Shown: positions 1 through 11,622 of the stretch, in pieces | Layout: every line of letters starts with the position of its first letter | How positions within the stretch are numbered: the stretch's first letter is position 1 | From: Macrostomum lignano | Taxonomy: Eukaryota | Length of the DNA stretch: 64,000 bases | Assembly (NCBI GenBank): GCA_002269645.1 | Contig: NIVC01002421.1 | Location: forward strand, 62,001-126,000 | Reading direction: 5' to 3' | Notes under the pieces: model-generated | What the model was told of the DNA's origin: nothing | The model's database searches: none | What the model saw: the letters and a program-made list of their open reading frames with translations, nothing else | Position numbers and translations under genes: made by a program

Positions 1-490
1 AAGGATATTATCAGGGCGATTCTCAGGGCGATTCTCAGGGCAATTCTCAAGGATATTATTAGGGCGATTCTCAGGGCGATTCTCGAGGCGATTCTCAGGG
101 CAATTCTCAAGGATATTATTAGGGCGATTCTCAGGGCGATTCTCGGGGTGATTCTCGGGGCGATTCTCGGGGTGATTCTCAAGGATATTATCAGGGCGAT
201 TCTCAGGGCGATTCTCGGGGCGATTATCAGGGCGATTCTCGGGGCGATTCTCGGGGTGATTCTCAAGGATATTATCAGGGCGATTCTCAGGGCAATTCTC
301 GGGGCGATTCTCAGGGCGATTCTCGGGTGATTCTCGGGGCGATTCTCAAGGCGATTCTCAAGGATATTATTAGGGCGATTCTCAGGGCGATTCTCGGGGC
401 GATTCTCAGGGCAACTCTCAAGGATATTATTAGGGCGATTCTCGGGGTGATTCTCGGGGCGATTCTCTGGGCGATTCTCAGGGCGATTTT
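1..490. repeat. Minisatellite, 12-bp unit (CAGGGCGATTCT with AAGGATATTAT[CT] variants), truncated by window start
   Basis: Directly visible tandem periodicity; the ILRAILGA-type ORFs are its translation. Confidence 0.95.
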
Positions 491-1089
491 GATGCGATTC
501 CCAGGGCAATTGCTAGGACTATTTCACGGGAACGAAGGTCAACGTACGAGCGTAGCAGAAGTCAATTTCTAAACCGGGGTTTGAATCAATTAAAGGCCAG
601 AGAAACACAGGATTCGAATAATAAATAAACGAACAACAGCTAAAAACGAACCGCAAAACAGACAAAATGCAACCTACAAAAATATCCTATTAAAAAAGTT
701 CTTAGGCTACTCCAAACTGAGAAGCACTCAGCAGGCGCGCTTCTACGAGTAGTCACGAATTAAATTGGAAATTGAAACAAACAGTGACGCCAAAACCGCT
801 GGGGCAGAGAGTGATAAACAATACGGTTTATTATAGCGCATCTGGAGCGGTGATCCGAGCCGAGTGGGGCTCAGAAATAAAAGCAAAGGCCTATTTAATG
901 CACAAGATCTCGTTAGGGCACAGGGATGGGTTCAAACGAGGACAAGGGATCAGTAGGCTCACTTCAGGACATCAGTCAAGGACAGGAAAGACTGGGCTAC
1001 TCGATAACTCACGAGACGGAGTCACTCGAAGAAACTGAAGGCATAGTTTTTCAAGATCACGAGATGGGGTCAAATAAGGACACAGGAGA

Positions 1090-1315
1090 GGGAGATCAAT
1101 CCCGGACATGGGAGATGTAGGTCAATCCCGGACAAGGGAGATGGAGGTCAATCCCAGACAAGGGAGATGGAGGTCAATCCCGGACAAGGGAGATGGAGGT
1201 CAATCCCGGACAAGGGAGATGGAGGTCAATCCCGGACAAGGGAGATGGAGGTCAATCCCGGACACAGGATATGGAGGTCAATCCCGGACACAGGAGATGG
1301 TCAATGCCGGACACA
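1090..1315. repeat. Minisatellite, 26-bp unit GGAGATGGAGGTCAATCCCGGACAAG, ~8 copies
   Basis: Visible tandem repeat downstream of the PGLS stop. Confidence 0.9.
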
Positions 1316-1440
1316 GAAGATGGATGCTAACCAAGGGGACACAGGAGATTTGGGTCACTCGAGTCCACTCGGTGACCCGTGAAAAAGGCTGGGTTAATCG
1401 CTAGAAAGAAAGTGCATAAAATCCGGAATAGTTTTGGTGA

Positions 1441-3245
1441 TCACTCAGCCGAGTACTCGGCCGCAGCCTCCGAGTCCAGCAGGAAGAACAGCCTGCCTCT
1501 GGACGGCCGGACCAGCGAGGCTGGCGCCCGGGTGCTCGGCGGCAGCGGGCAGCCGTCACCGTCCGCGCTGTCCGCCTTGCCAAGCAGGCGGGCAACGGCG
1601 GCTGCTTTGCCCCGGCCGGTCAGCGCGAAGATAACGGCGCCGGACCGGTTGATGAGCGGCAGAGTGCAAGTGACTCGGGCTGGCGGCGGCTTCGGCGAGT
1701 CGAGCACCGCGGCAACGCCGGGCCGCTGCTCGCTGAGGGCGATGTGGTCGGGGAACAGGGAGCAGGTGTGGCCGTCGGGCCCGAGCCCCAGCAGCATGAG
1801 GTCCGGCCCGTCGTCCAGGATGCCAGCGGCCCGGAGCTGCTCCTCGTAGTCCTTGGCGGCCGCCTCGGGTGCCAGGCTGGCGTCGACAACGAGGACGCGG
1901 GCGGCGGAGGCGCCGGTGCCTGGCGCCAGCAGGGACTTGGCGAACTGGGCGTGCGTCCGCTCGGGATCGTCCAGGGGGACGAGCCGCTCGTCGCAGTAGA
2001 ACAGCGTCACCCGGCGCCAGTCGATGGCCGACTTGGCGAGGCCGCGAGTCAGGAAGTCCACCAGGCTGCCGCCCGACAGCCCGACGGTGCAGCGGCCGCG
2101 CCTGTCCAGACAGTCGCCGATCACCGAGGCAACCAGGTCGGCCAGGGCCGGTACCAGCTGGGCCTCGCCCGGGTACACGAATATGCGCTTGTCCGGCTGC
2201 TGCGGTGCGGTCGCGAGTTCGATGCCTACTGAGAGACTCTCTTCGTGCAAAAACCCTACACTCTGGGGTTAAAACTCATCTCGCACTTTTATAAGGGTTT
2301 CGCAGATACTTTTAGGAGCAAAGTTTGTGGGATTTCACTATGGGATGGAAGCTGTGGGATATCACTATGGGATGGAAGCTATGGGATATAACTATGGGAT
2401 GGGAGCTATGGGATATCACTATGGGATGGAAGCTATGAGATCTCACACTCTGGGATGAAAGCTATGAGATCTCTCACTCTAGGATGAAGGCTATGGGATC
2501 TCACACTGGGATGGAAGCTATGGGGGGTGGAAGCTATGGGATCTCTCACTCTGGGATGGAAGCTATGAGATCTCTCACTCTAGGATGAAGGCTATGGGAT
2601 CTCACACTGGGATGGAAGCTATGGGGGTGGAAGCTATGGGATCTCACACTCTAGGATGGAAGCTATGAGATCTCACACTCTGGGATGAAAGCTATGAGAT
2701 CTCTCACTCTAGGATGAAGGCTATGGGATCTCACACTGGGATGGAAGCTATGGGGTGGAAGCTATGGGATCTCTCACTCTGGGATGGAAGCTATGAGATC
2801 TCTCACTCTAGGATGAAGGCTATGGGATCTCACACTGGGATGGAAGCTATGGGGGTGGAAGCTATGGGATCTCACACTCTAGGATGGAAGCTATGAGATC
2901 TCACACTCTGGATGAAAGCTATGAGATCTCTCACTCTAGGATGAAGGCTATGGGATCTCACACTGGGATGGAAGCTATGGGGTGGAAGCTATGGGATCTC
3001 TCACTCTGGGATGGAAGCTATGAGATCTCACACTCTGGGATGAAAGCTATGAGATCTCTCACTCTAGGATGAAGGCTATGGGATCTCACACTGGGATGGA
3101 AGCTATGGGGGTGGAAGCTATGGGATCTCACACTCTGGGATGGAAGCTATGGGATCTCTCACTCTGGGATGGAGGCTATGGGATCTCACACTCTGGGATG
3201 GAGGCTATGGAATCTGAAAGTCGATTCCATACATCTTGGGACCAT
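1441..3245 (-). CDS. PGLS: 6-phosphogluconolactonase; main exon 1441-2228, probable 13-nt first coding exon 3233-3245
   Basis: Translation has 6PGL motifs (VGLSGGSL, FYCDERLVPLDDPERT, DLMLLGLGPDGHTCSLFP, DSPKPPPARVTCTLPLIN). No in-frame ATG precedes the main exon (upstream stop at 2269-2271). Acceptor ctctcag at 2229-2231 is phase 1 and fits ATG GTC CCA AGA T|gtatgg at 3233-3245, giving MVPRLGIELAT. The first exon is tentative. Confidence 0.9.
2336..3212. repeat. Minisatellite, ~29-30-bp unit GGGATGGAAGCTATGAGATCTC(A/T)CACTCT with higher-order blocks, in the predicted PGLS intron
   Basis: Visible tandem periodicity. Confidence 0.9.
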
Positions 3246-3795
3246 CAAGGTTCTGAGATGACTTAATAAAACAAATAAAAAACGATAGGACAAATTTTTG
3301 AACGCACAGATGAAAGTAGACGGAAGGAAAGTCAGATCTGGCTACACTGTTGTCTGTTGATAGCCTGTGTGCATATATTTAGCGCACTGGGAATAGGACA
3401 ATATGACGCATTTTACGCTCCTATTAAACTACTATTAGTAGATCAAATGAATCAGGGAGGCACTGCCGGCTAACACCTGGGAGTCGGTCTTGGCCGCTGT
3501 AAAGATGATTCCAATGCGAGATGTACACTGCAATAGCATGACTAAACTATTGTTGTGTTAGCATACATAGATAGCAGTTTAGATAGCTGAATAACTTGAC
3601 AACCGGGGTTAACTCGCAACACATGTGTTATTTTACTAATCGAAGCCAAGTATTACGGGGCTGGGGTCACTAAATGAACGCACAAGAATCAACAAATGGG
3701 GGAGAAACTACTGCGCTACCAACAATTTTTTAAGGTTCTCATATTTTTCTTCGAAGCAGAAATCCAACAACTACACACGAACGCGATTTTCAATT

Positions 3796-5053
3796 TCAAT
3801 CATCCTTCTTCTTGCCCTCTTGCTCCTTCTGGCTCAGGTCCTGCATGCGAGACTTGTGCCGCTGGATGGCCTCCAGGTGGCGGACAATCTCCTTCTCGTG
3901 ATGGTCCACCTGGCATGGGGTGGGTGGTGAGTGCTGCTCATGAGCTTGAGGATATGGGATGCTGGCTCAGCAACTGAGGATCTGGGAGGCCAGGCAACTG
4001 ATGATCTGGGAGGGCGGCCCAGCAACTGGGGATCTGGGAGGCCCAGCAACTGAGGATCTGGGAGGCAAGGCAACTGAGGATCCGGGAGGCTGGCCCAGCA
4101 ATTGAGGATCTGGGAAGGCGGCCCAGCAACTGGGGATCTGGGAGGGCGGCCCAGCAACTGGGGATCTGGGAGGCCCAGTAACTGAGGATCTGGGAGGCCC
4201 AGCAACTGAGGATCTGGGAGGCCCAGCAACTGAGGATCTGGGAGGCAAGGCAACTGAGGATCCGGGAGGCTGGCCCAGCAATTGAGGATCTGGGAAGGCG
4301 GCCCAGCAACTGGGGATCTGGGAGGGCGGCCCAGCAACTGGGGATCTGGGAGGCCCAGTAACTGAGGATCTGGGAGGCCCAGCAACTGAGGATCTGGGAG
4401 GCAAGGCAACTGAGGATCCGGGAGGCTGGCCCAGCAATTGAGGATCTGGGAAGGCGGCCCAGCAACTGGGGATCTGGGAGGGCGGCCCAGCAACTGAGGA
4501 TCTGGGAGGCCCAGCAACTGAGGATCTGGGAGGCCAGGCAACTGAGGATTTGGGAGGCCAGGCAACTGAGGATCTGGGAGGCCAGGCAACTGAGGATCTG
4601 GGAGGCCAGGCAGCTGAAGATCTGGGAGGCCGGCCCAGAATCTGAGGATCTGGGAGGCTGGCCCAGCATCTGAGGATCTGGGAGGCCAGGCAGCTGAGGA
4701 TCTGGGAGGCTGACCCAGCAACGCAACTAAGTAGCAACGATTCCACGCGCGGGGAGACTGGGCGATCCCAGAAGCCCAAGGCTGTTCCTGGCGGTCACCT
4801 CGTCCTCCAAGTGCTCCTTAAGCTTGGACAGCTGCTCATTCTGCAGCCGGCGGAAGTACTCCTCCTCTCGGGCGGCCTCCATTTTTCCAAACGTGCCGCC
4901 GGCCTCGCGGATGCTGCCGCCGGCGCCGCCACCTTTGCCGGCGCCGCGGCCCCACTCGTCGCCGGAGAGGGCGCGCCGGGAGGCGGTGAAGATGGCGCCG
5001 GCGGGGACCGGCGGCCGGAGCTGCAGCAGGCGGGCGATGCGGCAGATTGACAT
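3796..5053 (-). CDS. ATP5IF1: Mitochondrial ATPase inhibitory factor 1 (IF1), 2 exons: 4799-5053 and 3796-3909 (122 aa; an in-frame upstream ATG exists at 5101)
   Basis: IF1 signature [34 protein letters not shown]. Donor GAG|gtgacc and acceptor gccag|GTG join in phase 0 to [19 protein letters not shown]..., the His-rich coiled coil. The Arg-rich N-terminus is presequence-like. Confidence 0.93.
3970..4722. repeat. Minisatellite, 24-bp unit CAACTGAGGATCTGGGAGGCCCAG, filling the ATP5IF1 intron
   Basis: Visible tandem periodicity; explains the LPDPQLLG ORFs. Confidence 0.95.
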
Positions 5054-5554
5054 GACTTTGCGAGCCGGGAGGCTTAGCTGCAAGTAGTATATGGGGAGCA
5101 TGAAGTTGGCTTGAGAACTCTCCAGGGTACAGTTCTGAGTTTTTTCTGCTAGATCAACTCAGTGACTAGAGTATGGGATAATGAGGCAGCTAATCTCTTC
5201 AACTTTTTACGAATTTCAGGTGAAACTATTTTTGGAATTTTGTGCATAACCCTGCTTCTTTAAGAGCAGAGAATTCTCCTTAAAATTATGTTCTGGAATA
5301 AGTAGTTGCTATGAGCCTAAGCTGATTCCGCGCAATTTCCATTGGTACTGCAGGAAAGGCCATGCAGGCAATGCCACTCTTATTTTGCCTTAGAAAGAGC
5401 TCTATGTTTACTTAATGAGTCCTTAGCACTTTTAAGGCAACGAGCAAAACTGCTCAAAGCTTTTAAGATGGCGGTTCGCAGAACATTTTTGCTTCGTTTA
5501 CAGAAAGCTCGATCTTCATTGGTAAAGTTGAAAGGGTAATTAGTGGAGTAGGTG

Positions 5555-6122
5555 GGTAATTAAAGGACTGGGATGGGTAATTAGGGGACTGGGATAGGTA
5601 ATTAGGGGACTGGGATGGGTAATTAGAGGACTGGGTGGGTAATTAGGGGACTGGGTGGGTAATTAGGGGACTGGGTGGGTAATTAAGGGACTGGGATAGG
5701 TAATTAGGGGACTGGGTGGGTATTTAGGAGTGTGTTGGTAATTAGGGTATTGGGTGGGCAATTAGGGGACTGGGTGGGTAATTAGGGGACTGGGTGGGTA
5801 ATTAGGGGACTGGGTGGGTAATTAGGGGACTGGGATATGTAATTAGGGAACTGGGTGGGTAATTAGGGGACTGGGATAGGTAATTAGGGGACTGGGTGGG
5901 TAATTAGGGGACTGGGTGGGTAATTAGGGGACTGGGATATGTAATTAGGGAACTGGGTGGGTAATTAGGGGACTGGGATAGGTAATTAGGGGACTGGGTG
6001 GGTAATTAGGGGACTGGGTGGGTAATTAGGGGACTGGGATATGTAATTAGGGAACTGGGTGGGTAATTAGGGGACTGGGATAGGTAATTAGGGGACTGGG
6101 TGGGTAATTAGGGGACTGGGAT
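5555..6122. repeat. G-rich minisatellite, 20-21-bp unit GGTAATTAGGGGACTGGGTG
   Basis: Visible tandem periodicity; nearly every unit contains TTAGGG. Confidence 0.95.
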
Positions 6123-6489
6123 CAAACATTACAAAACCTATATAAAGCATAATTTTGACGGAAATTAATGCAAAATACAAAAGCACACCATAAAAAATCT
6201 ACACCAACTTTGGTGAAATTTGCTATATCAATTAAAAATTCGCTATCTTTGGAGCAGCCAACGAACAATGCAGGTAAAACAAGCCAACAAGTAGAATTTT
6301 GTGCAAAAGAATAAAACTATAATGAAGCAGTACACATGTTAAGTCGGACAAAAATGCTTTTAGCTAAATTTGGCTAATTTATAAGTTGAAGCGGCCACCA
6401 AATTGATTTAACATTTGTTGCACTTCTGCATTGCAAACACGAAAGCAAGTGAAAGTACAGCAAGGCTACAGAACTGTCGGCATTTTGAT

Positions 6490-7135
6490 CAGTCCCTCAT
6501 TCTGAGCATCAACAACATCCTGAGCAGTCCCTCATTCTGAGCATCAACAACATCCTGAGCAGTCCCTCATTCTGAGCAGTCCCAGCATCTTGAGTAATCA
6601 ACCATGACAGTCTGAGCAGTCCCAGCATCTTGACTAATCAACCATTACTCTGAGCAGTCCCTCATTCTGAGCATTAACAACATCCTGAGCAGTCCCTCAT
6701 TCTGAGCATCAACAACATCCTGAGCAGTCCCTCATTCTGAGCATCAACAACATCCTGAGCAGTCCCTCATTCTGAGCATCAACAACATCCTGAGCAGTCC
6801 CAGCATCTTTAGTAATCAACCATGACAGTCTGAGCAGTCCCAGCATCTTTAGTAATCAACCATGACAGTCTGAGCAGTCCCAGCATCTTGAGTAATCAAC
6901 CATGACAGTCTGAGCAGTCCCAGCATCTTGAGTAATCAACCATGACAGTCTGAGCAGTCCCAGCATCTTAAGTAATCAACCATGACAGTCTGAGCAGTCC
7001 CAGCATCTTAAGTAATCAACCATGACAGTCTGAGCAGTCCCAGCATCTTAAGTAATCAACCATGACACGCTGAGCAGTCCCAGAATCTTGAGTAATCAAT
7101 CATTGGAATCTGAGCAATCCCAGCATCTCTGAGCA
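6490..7135. repeat. Compound minisatellite of related 35-bp and 40-bp units, both starting CTGAGCAGTCCC
   Basis: 35-bp CTGAGCAGTCCCTCATTCTGAGCATCAACAACATC and 40-bp CTGAGCAGTCCCAGCATCTTGAGTAATCAACCATGACAGT units in blocks, directly after the GFER stop. Confidence 0.9.
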
Positions 7136-7140
7136 CTCAA

Positions 7141-8153
7141 TCAATAGTCGCAGGACCCATCGGGCCATCCGTATCTCCATCTGTCGAGCACTTTGCCGCA
7201 GTCGAATTTCGGCTTGCCCAGGCGCTCATTGACCAGATTGTGCTGATCACACAGCCATCGGTTCAGGGCGCGACCGTCACGAACTGGCGGCGGGGATCTG
7301 CCGGAATTGAGCAGTGAGGAGTGCTTAATAAAAAAGCACCTAGGCGCTTTAAAAACACAAACGACTGCTTACTTGGCAATGTTGGCTTGGAACTCTTCGC
7401 TGCAGTGCGGACATGGGAACAGGCGGGAGAAGGACCGCAGGAAGGCGTCCATGTCGGCTGATTGGCGGGCAGTCGGCTTGTCCGGGTAATAAGCGGCCAG
7501 GGTGTGAAGCACAGACCAGGACTTGCGGCCCAGGGACACCTGGGAATGGGATGCCGAATGGCAGAGATATCAAAAAACCAGGACTGGCGGCCGAATCAAG
7601 GACTTGGGATTGTGGGTAACATAAGAGAATCAGGGCTAGTGGAAACATCAAAGAATCGGGGCTGGCGGCAACATCAAAGAATCGGAGCTGGTGGCAACAT
7701 CAAAGAATTGGAGCTGGCGGCAACATCAAAGAATCGGGATTGGCGGCAACATAAAAGAATCGGGCTGGCGGCAACATCAAAGAATCGGGATTGGCGGCAA
7801 CATCAAAGAATCGGGGCTGGCGGCAACATCAAAGAATCAGAGCTGGCGGCAACATCAAAGAATCGGGGCTGGCGGAAACATCAAATGACCCTGACCTGAT
7901 CAAGCGGGCACTCAGGAGTGCTCTTTGCCTGCTCGGTAGAAGTTTTCTGCAGCTTGCGCCGACCGGCGAGCACATCGTTGATGTCGATGCAGGCTCTGCA
8001 GACTCCTTCTAGAAGAGGATTTCGTCCTGCAGCGCCCGGGGGTTTTTGCGAGTCACCAGTCGCAGCCGTGGTGGAGGACGAAGCCGCGCCCTGGTCGGCG
8101 TCGTCAGCCGAATTTTCGAACTCGTAGCGGGCGCGGCGGGATTGTCGGGACAT
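7141..8153 (-). CDS. GFER: FAD-linked sulfhydryl oxidase ERV1/ALR, 3 exons: 7896-8153, 7373-7539, 7141-7297 (193 aa)
   Basis: Shuttle CRAC, CPLD, LGRKSWSVLHTLAAYYPDKP, redox CPHC, WLCDQHNLVNERLGKPKFDC and WRYGWPDGSCD. Canonical GT-AG junctions in phases 0 and 2; 582 nt in total. Confidence 0.95.
7625..7885. repeat. Minisatellite, 26-27-bp unit GGCGGCAACATCAAAGAATCGGGGCT, in GFER intron 1
   Basis: Visible tandem periodicity. Confidence 0.9.
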
Positions 8154-10381
8154 GAAAGAAAAGTTTTTTTCTGAATAAAAGCAAATTTGCCTTGCTAGTG
8201 AAAATGACTAGATGATTTTTAAGTGCTAAATTTTCTGCTATTGAAACAGGCACTCTGGCATTAGTAGCATAAAAGAACAATTCATTGCTTTTTTTAATAT
8301 ATACTTTCAATGATTTCTATCATAGACCTAGGCCTACTAAAATAGCTGAATTAGGCCCTGCCAGTGCTTATCTGATATAATATCTTATGCCATAAAATAT
8401 AAGGACTATTATAAAAAACAATCAATATCTGATTTCTTTATTAAACTAGAGGTAAGGACATAATGGTTTTATACTCATCTAATAGTAATTGCAAACTCAA
8501 TAAAGGCACATTTTATTCAATGTAATCAACTAATTTTTATCAAAAAGCAAAAGCATTTTCACTTATGTTATACAAAATATGTTTTGATATATTCCTCTTT
8601 CATATAATATGTAAATAACAATGATTTGGATAAATATATGTTCATATCATTTATTTTAAAATATAAACTTTAAAATCATTTAGAGTTTCTCATGACAAAC
8701 TAATGAGATGACAATTTTAACTAAATTTTATTTTCTATACTTAAAATTTTTAAGAAAAATTCACAAATGATAATTTAAGCTAGTCCTTGGCTAACCAAGA
8801 TTTAAAAAATAGAAAATATCTTTACTAATAGGCTTTATTTTAAAATGTCCTTCTTATGCCAATAGCAGTGCTACAATCAAAAAGTTCAATTGTTTAATTA
8901 TTGGCAAATGGCAAAGGCAAATCGTTTGGTACCTATGACAATATCTTGTTGCCAGAGTAACTTGTATTTACCTATTTATAGAACAGTATCTAAGCTTTTT
9001 AGTGCCTAGCATTTTGGTGTCCCAGTTTGCTTTTTGGTACCTAAATTATAAATTAGAATTAGAAACAAAAATATAAAAGAAGCCCTAATAGCATTGCACT
9101 ATATCTTTACTTAAAATAACTAAGGTATTTTTACTTTATTAAGCTGGCCTGCTATTTTGATTTTTTAGAAAAAGTCTTGTTTCATTAAGATTTTTATTTG
9201 TACTAATATCTTAAGCAATCAAAACATATCACATATTACTAAAGAAATCAAATCAATAAAAGAGATTTGTCAGTCTATAATTTTGATCAAAACTTTGTTA
9301 CTAAGTTATATTGATAGCAGATATTATCTTGTTACCTAAGTCCTTTTAGTATGCATTCTAATTTAAATGCAGCCTTGCATAGATGGGTATACAACAAATG
9401 CAATTAAATTAAAATTAAATAGATTTTCAAAACTAAAAAATATGCTAATTTAACAATGTGGATACTACTTTTATTAGGAAAATAAAAAGTTTTGTATAAC
9501 ACTTATTATATTGTAAGATTATTTCATTATTTAAACATTGTAAACTGGCTACCAAAAAGTAATCTAGGATACTAAAAGCACACAAACCTATAGAACTAAT
9601 ATGATATGCCCTATTATAGTTTTAGGTTTTCAATGGGCTTGAATCATTAGGCCTAGCTATATGCCTAGGTTATAGTTGGGCTTAGTTAGGAATAGGCCTA
9701 GAATTAGATATTTTGATCTACTATTACATGTAATAGTATTAATAGTTAATTTGGCTCAGGCAATAAGCCTGTTTGGTCAATATAAGTCAATATATTTATT
9801 ATTTAATAATAATTCAAGAGTAGAAGGAGATATTTAGATGCATAAGTATGAGTTTTATAATAATGTAGTACTTGAAAGAGTATCTAAATAGTTTCTACAA
9901 AACTTCAAATGAGTTTTAATGGCTAACAAAACAAAAGTATTAAAATAAGGAATTCAAAAACAAGTACTACAAACTTGATGTATACCAATTCAATTTATCC
10001 AGTAAATGATTAAAATAAGTATATAAGTATTAATCAAACAATAACAAAAATCAAATTTAAGGATTGCTGGCAATTATTAGGCAATAAAAATAAAGGGTAT
10101 TGTTTTCATAAAGGAAAAGCAGAAAATAAGGAATAACCAAACATAGGACACTTTAAACAAAGCTTTAGGTAGGCATTAATTGTTTACAATTAGAGCATTT
10201 AAGGTATACAAATAGAGATATAATGTGGTAGAAATTGCATTGGTATTTGTTTAGTAGAGAAGCAAGAACTTGCAGTTGCAGGAAGGAGATATTAGCAAGA
10301 GGAAATAACAAGTAAGCTTCAATTGATCCAATGCAACAATTGAAGCTTATATAGCAAAAGCTAGGCCTAAGTCTATACATA

Positions 10382-11622
10382 CAGGGTGCCTGCAAATTTT
10401 GAGAAAGTAAAATAAAGGAGACTATTTAACTGATCCCAAAATAAAGGAGATTTAATTTGGTAATATAAAAATGACAGGCATTGTCTATCTAAGGCCTGTA
10501 TAGGCAAACTCTGGCCTCTTGCCTTTGCATCTCTATGTCCTTTGGGTCCTCTGAAACTTCTATCTTTTTTCTGTCTCCTCTTTCTCTCTCCTCTCTTCTA
10601 AGTCTCCTTTTATCTCTTTTCTATTTTTCCCATTCTACTGTCCACTCTATTCTTTTCTCTTCTCTCTCATCTTGCCTATCTCTATTCTTTTTTCTACTCT
10701 TTCCTGTATCCCCTCTGGGATCTCTCATCTTTTGTCTCATCTTTCCCTCTTCTTTTCTCTTTCCTTTGCTATCCCCTCTATCTTCTCTCTTCTCTTAACT
10801 CTCTCCTCTAGTATCTCTTTTCTTTAATCTCTCCTTTTTTATCTTTATCTTTTCTCTTTCTTTTTGTCTCTCTTATTTGCCACTTCCTTTCTATTGTCCT
10901 TGCACTCCTCTTCCCTCCTTCCTCTTTTCTGCCCTCTCTCTCTCCTTACTCTCCTGTCTCCTCTTATATTTTATCTATTCCTTTATCCCTTCTCTTACTT
11001 CTCCTTTTTCTTATTGTCTATTCATTCTTCTTTCCACTTTTATCTACCCCTGCAGCCATTAGCTAGATTCTTTATCTAGCCTTTGAAGTAAAAATCTGCC
11101 AATCCTTACTTCAAAAGCTAGTTGTACTTATGTACTCTCCCAGTTGTACTCTCAAGGGACATAGCACTCTCATGGTTATTTCATTCTATGGCCTATTTGT
11201 TGACTGCTTTGCTCATATCATCTTTCTAGCCAATTTGCAATCCTAAGAAGAACTATATATTTCTAGCTCCACAGTTCCATTTATGATATTATGGCTAACC
11301 TAAAGTTGATACTTTAAAGTTTGTTCAATTACAATTATTAACTAATCATAGAAACCTTTGTTGAGACTTACAAACTATTATTTTACATAACTTTGCCTAG
11401 GAAAATAGTCTTCTTAAAAATGATTATTTAAAAGGACCCTAAAGTAATTATATATTAAGTATAAGTGCTAGGACAGAAGCTAAAAAAAAGTAAAATGGCT
11501 AAAATAAAAGAGAAAGTCCAAAAATCTTCTAAATCAAGGAGATAAAGGAGATAAAGGAGAGGTTTGCCAAATAAAGGAGAATAAAGGAGATAAAGGAGAT
11601 AAAGGAGGACGCGGGCACCCTG
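10382..11622. mobile_element. Putative non-autonomous DNA transposon (MITE-like), 12-bp TIR CAGGGTGCC[CT]GC with subterminal ATAAAGGAGA repeats
   Basis: CAGGGTGCCTGC (10382-10393) and GCGGGCACCCTG (11611-11622) are inverted with one mismatch. ATAAAGGAGA motifs cluster inside both ends and the interior is pyrimidine-rich. No TSD found. Confidence 0.5.

Noticed and set aside
2248-2250. TTG start of the 269-aa PGLS ORF in the track
   Set aside because: It lies upstream of a good acceptor at 2229-2231; a spliced ATG exon is more plausible in a eukaryote.
1379-2294. Several alternative-frame and antisense ORFs over PGLS (likewise over MAPK15, MAP4K and 59-61 kb exons)
   Set aside because: Shadow ORFs caused by very high GC3 in the real exons.
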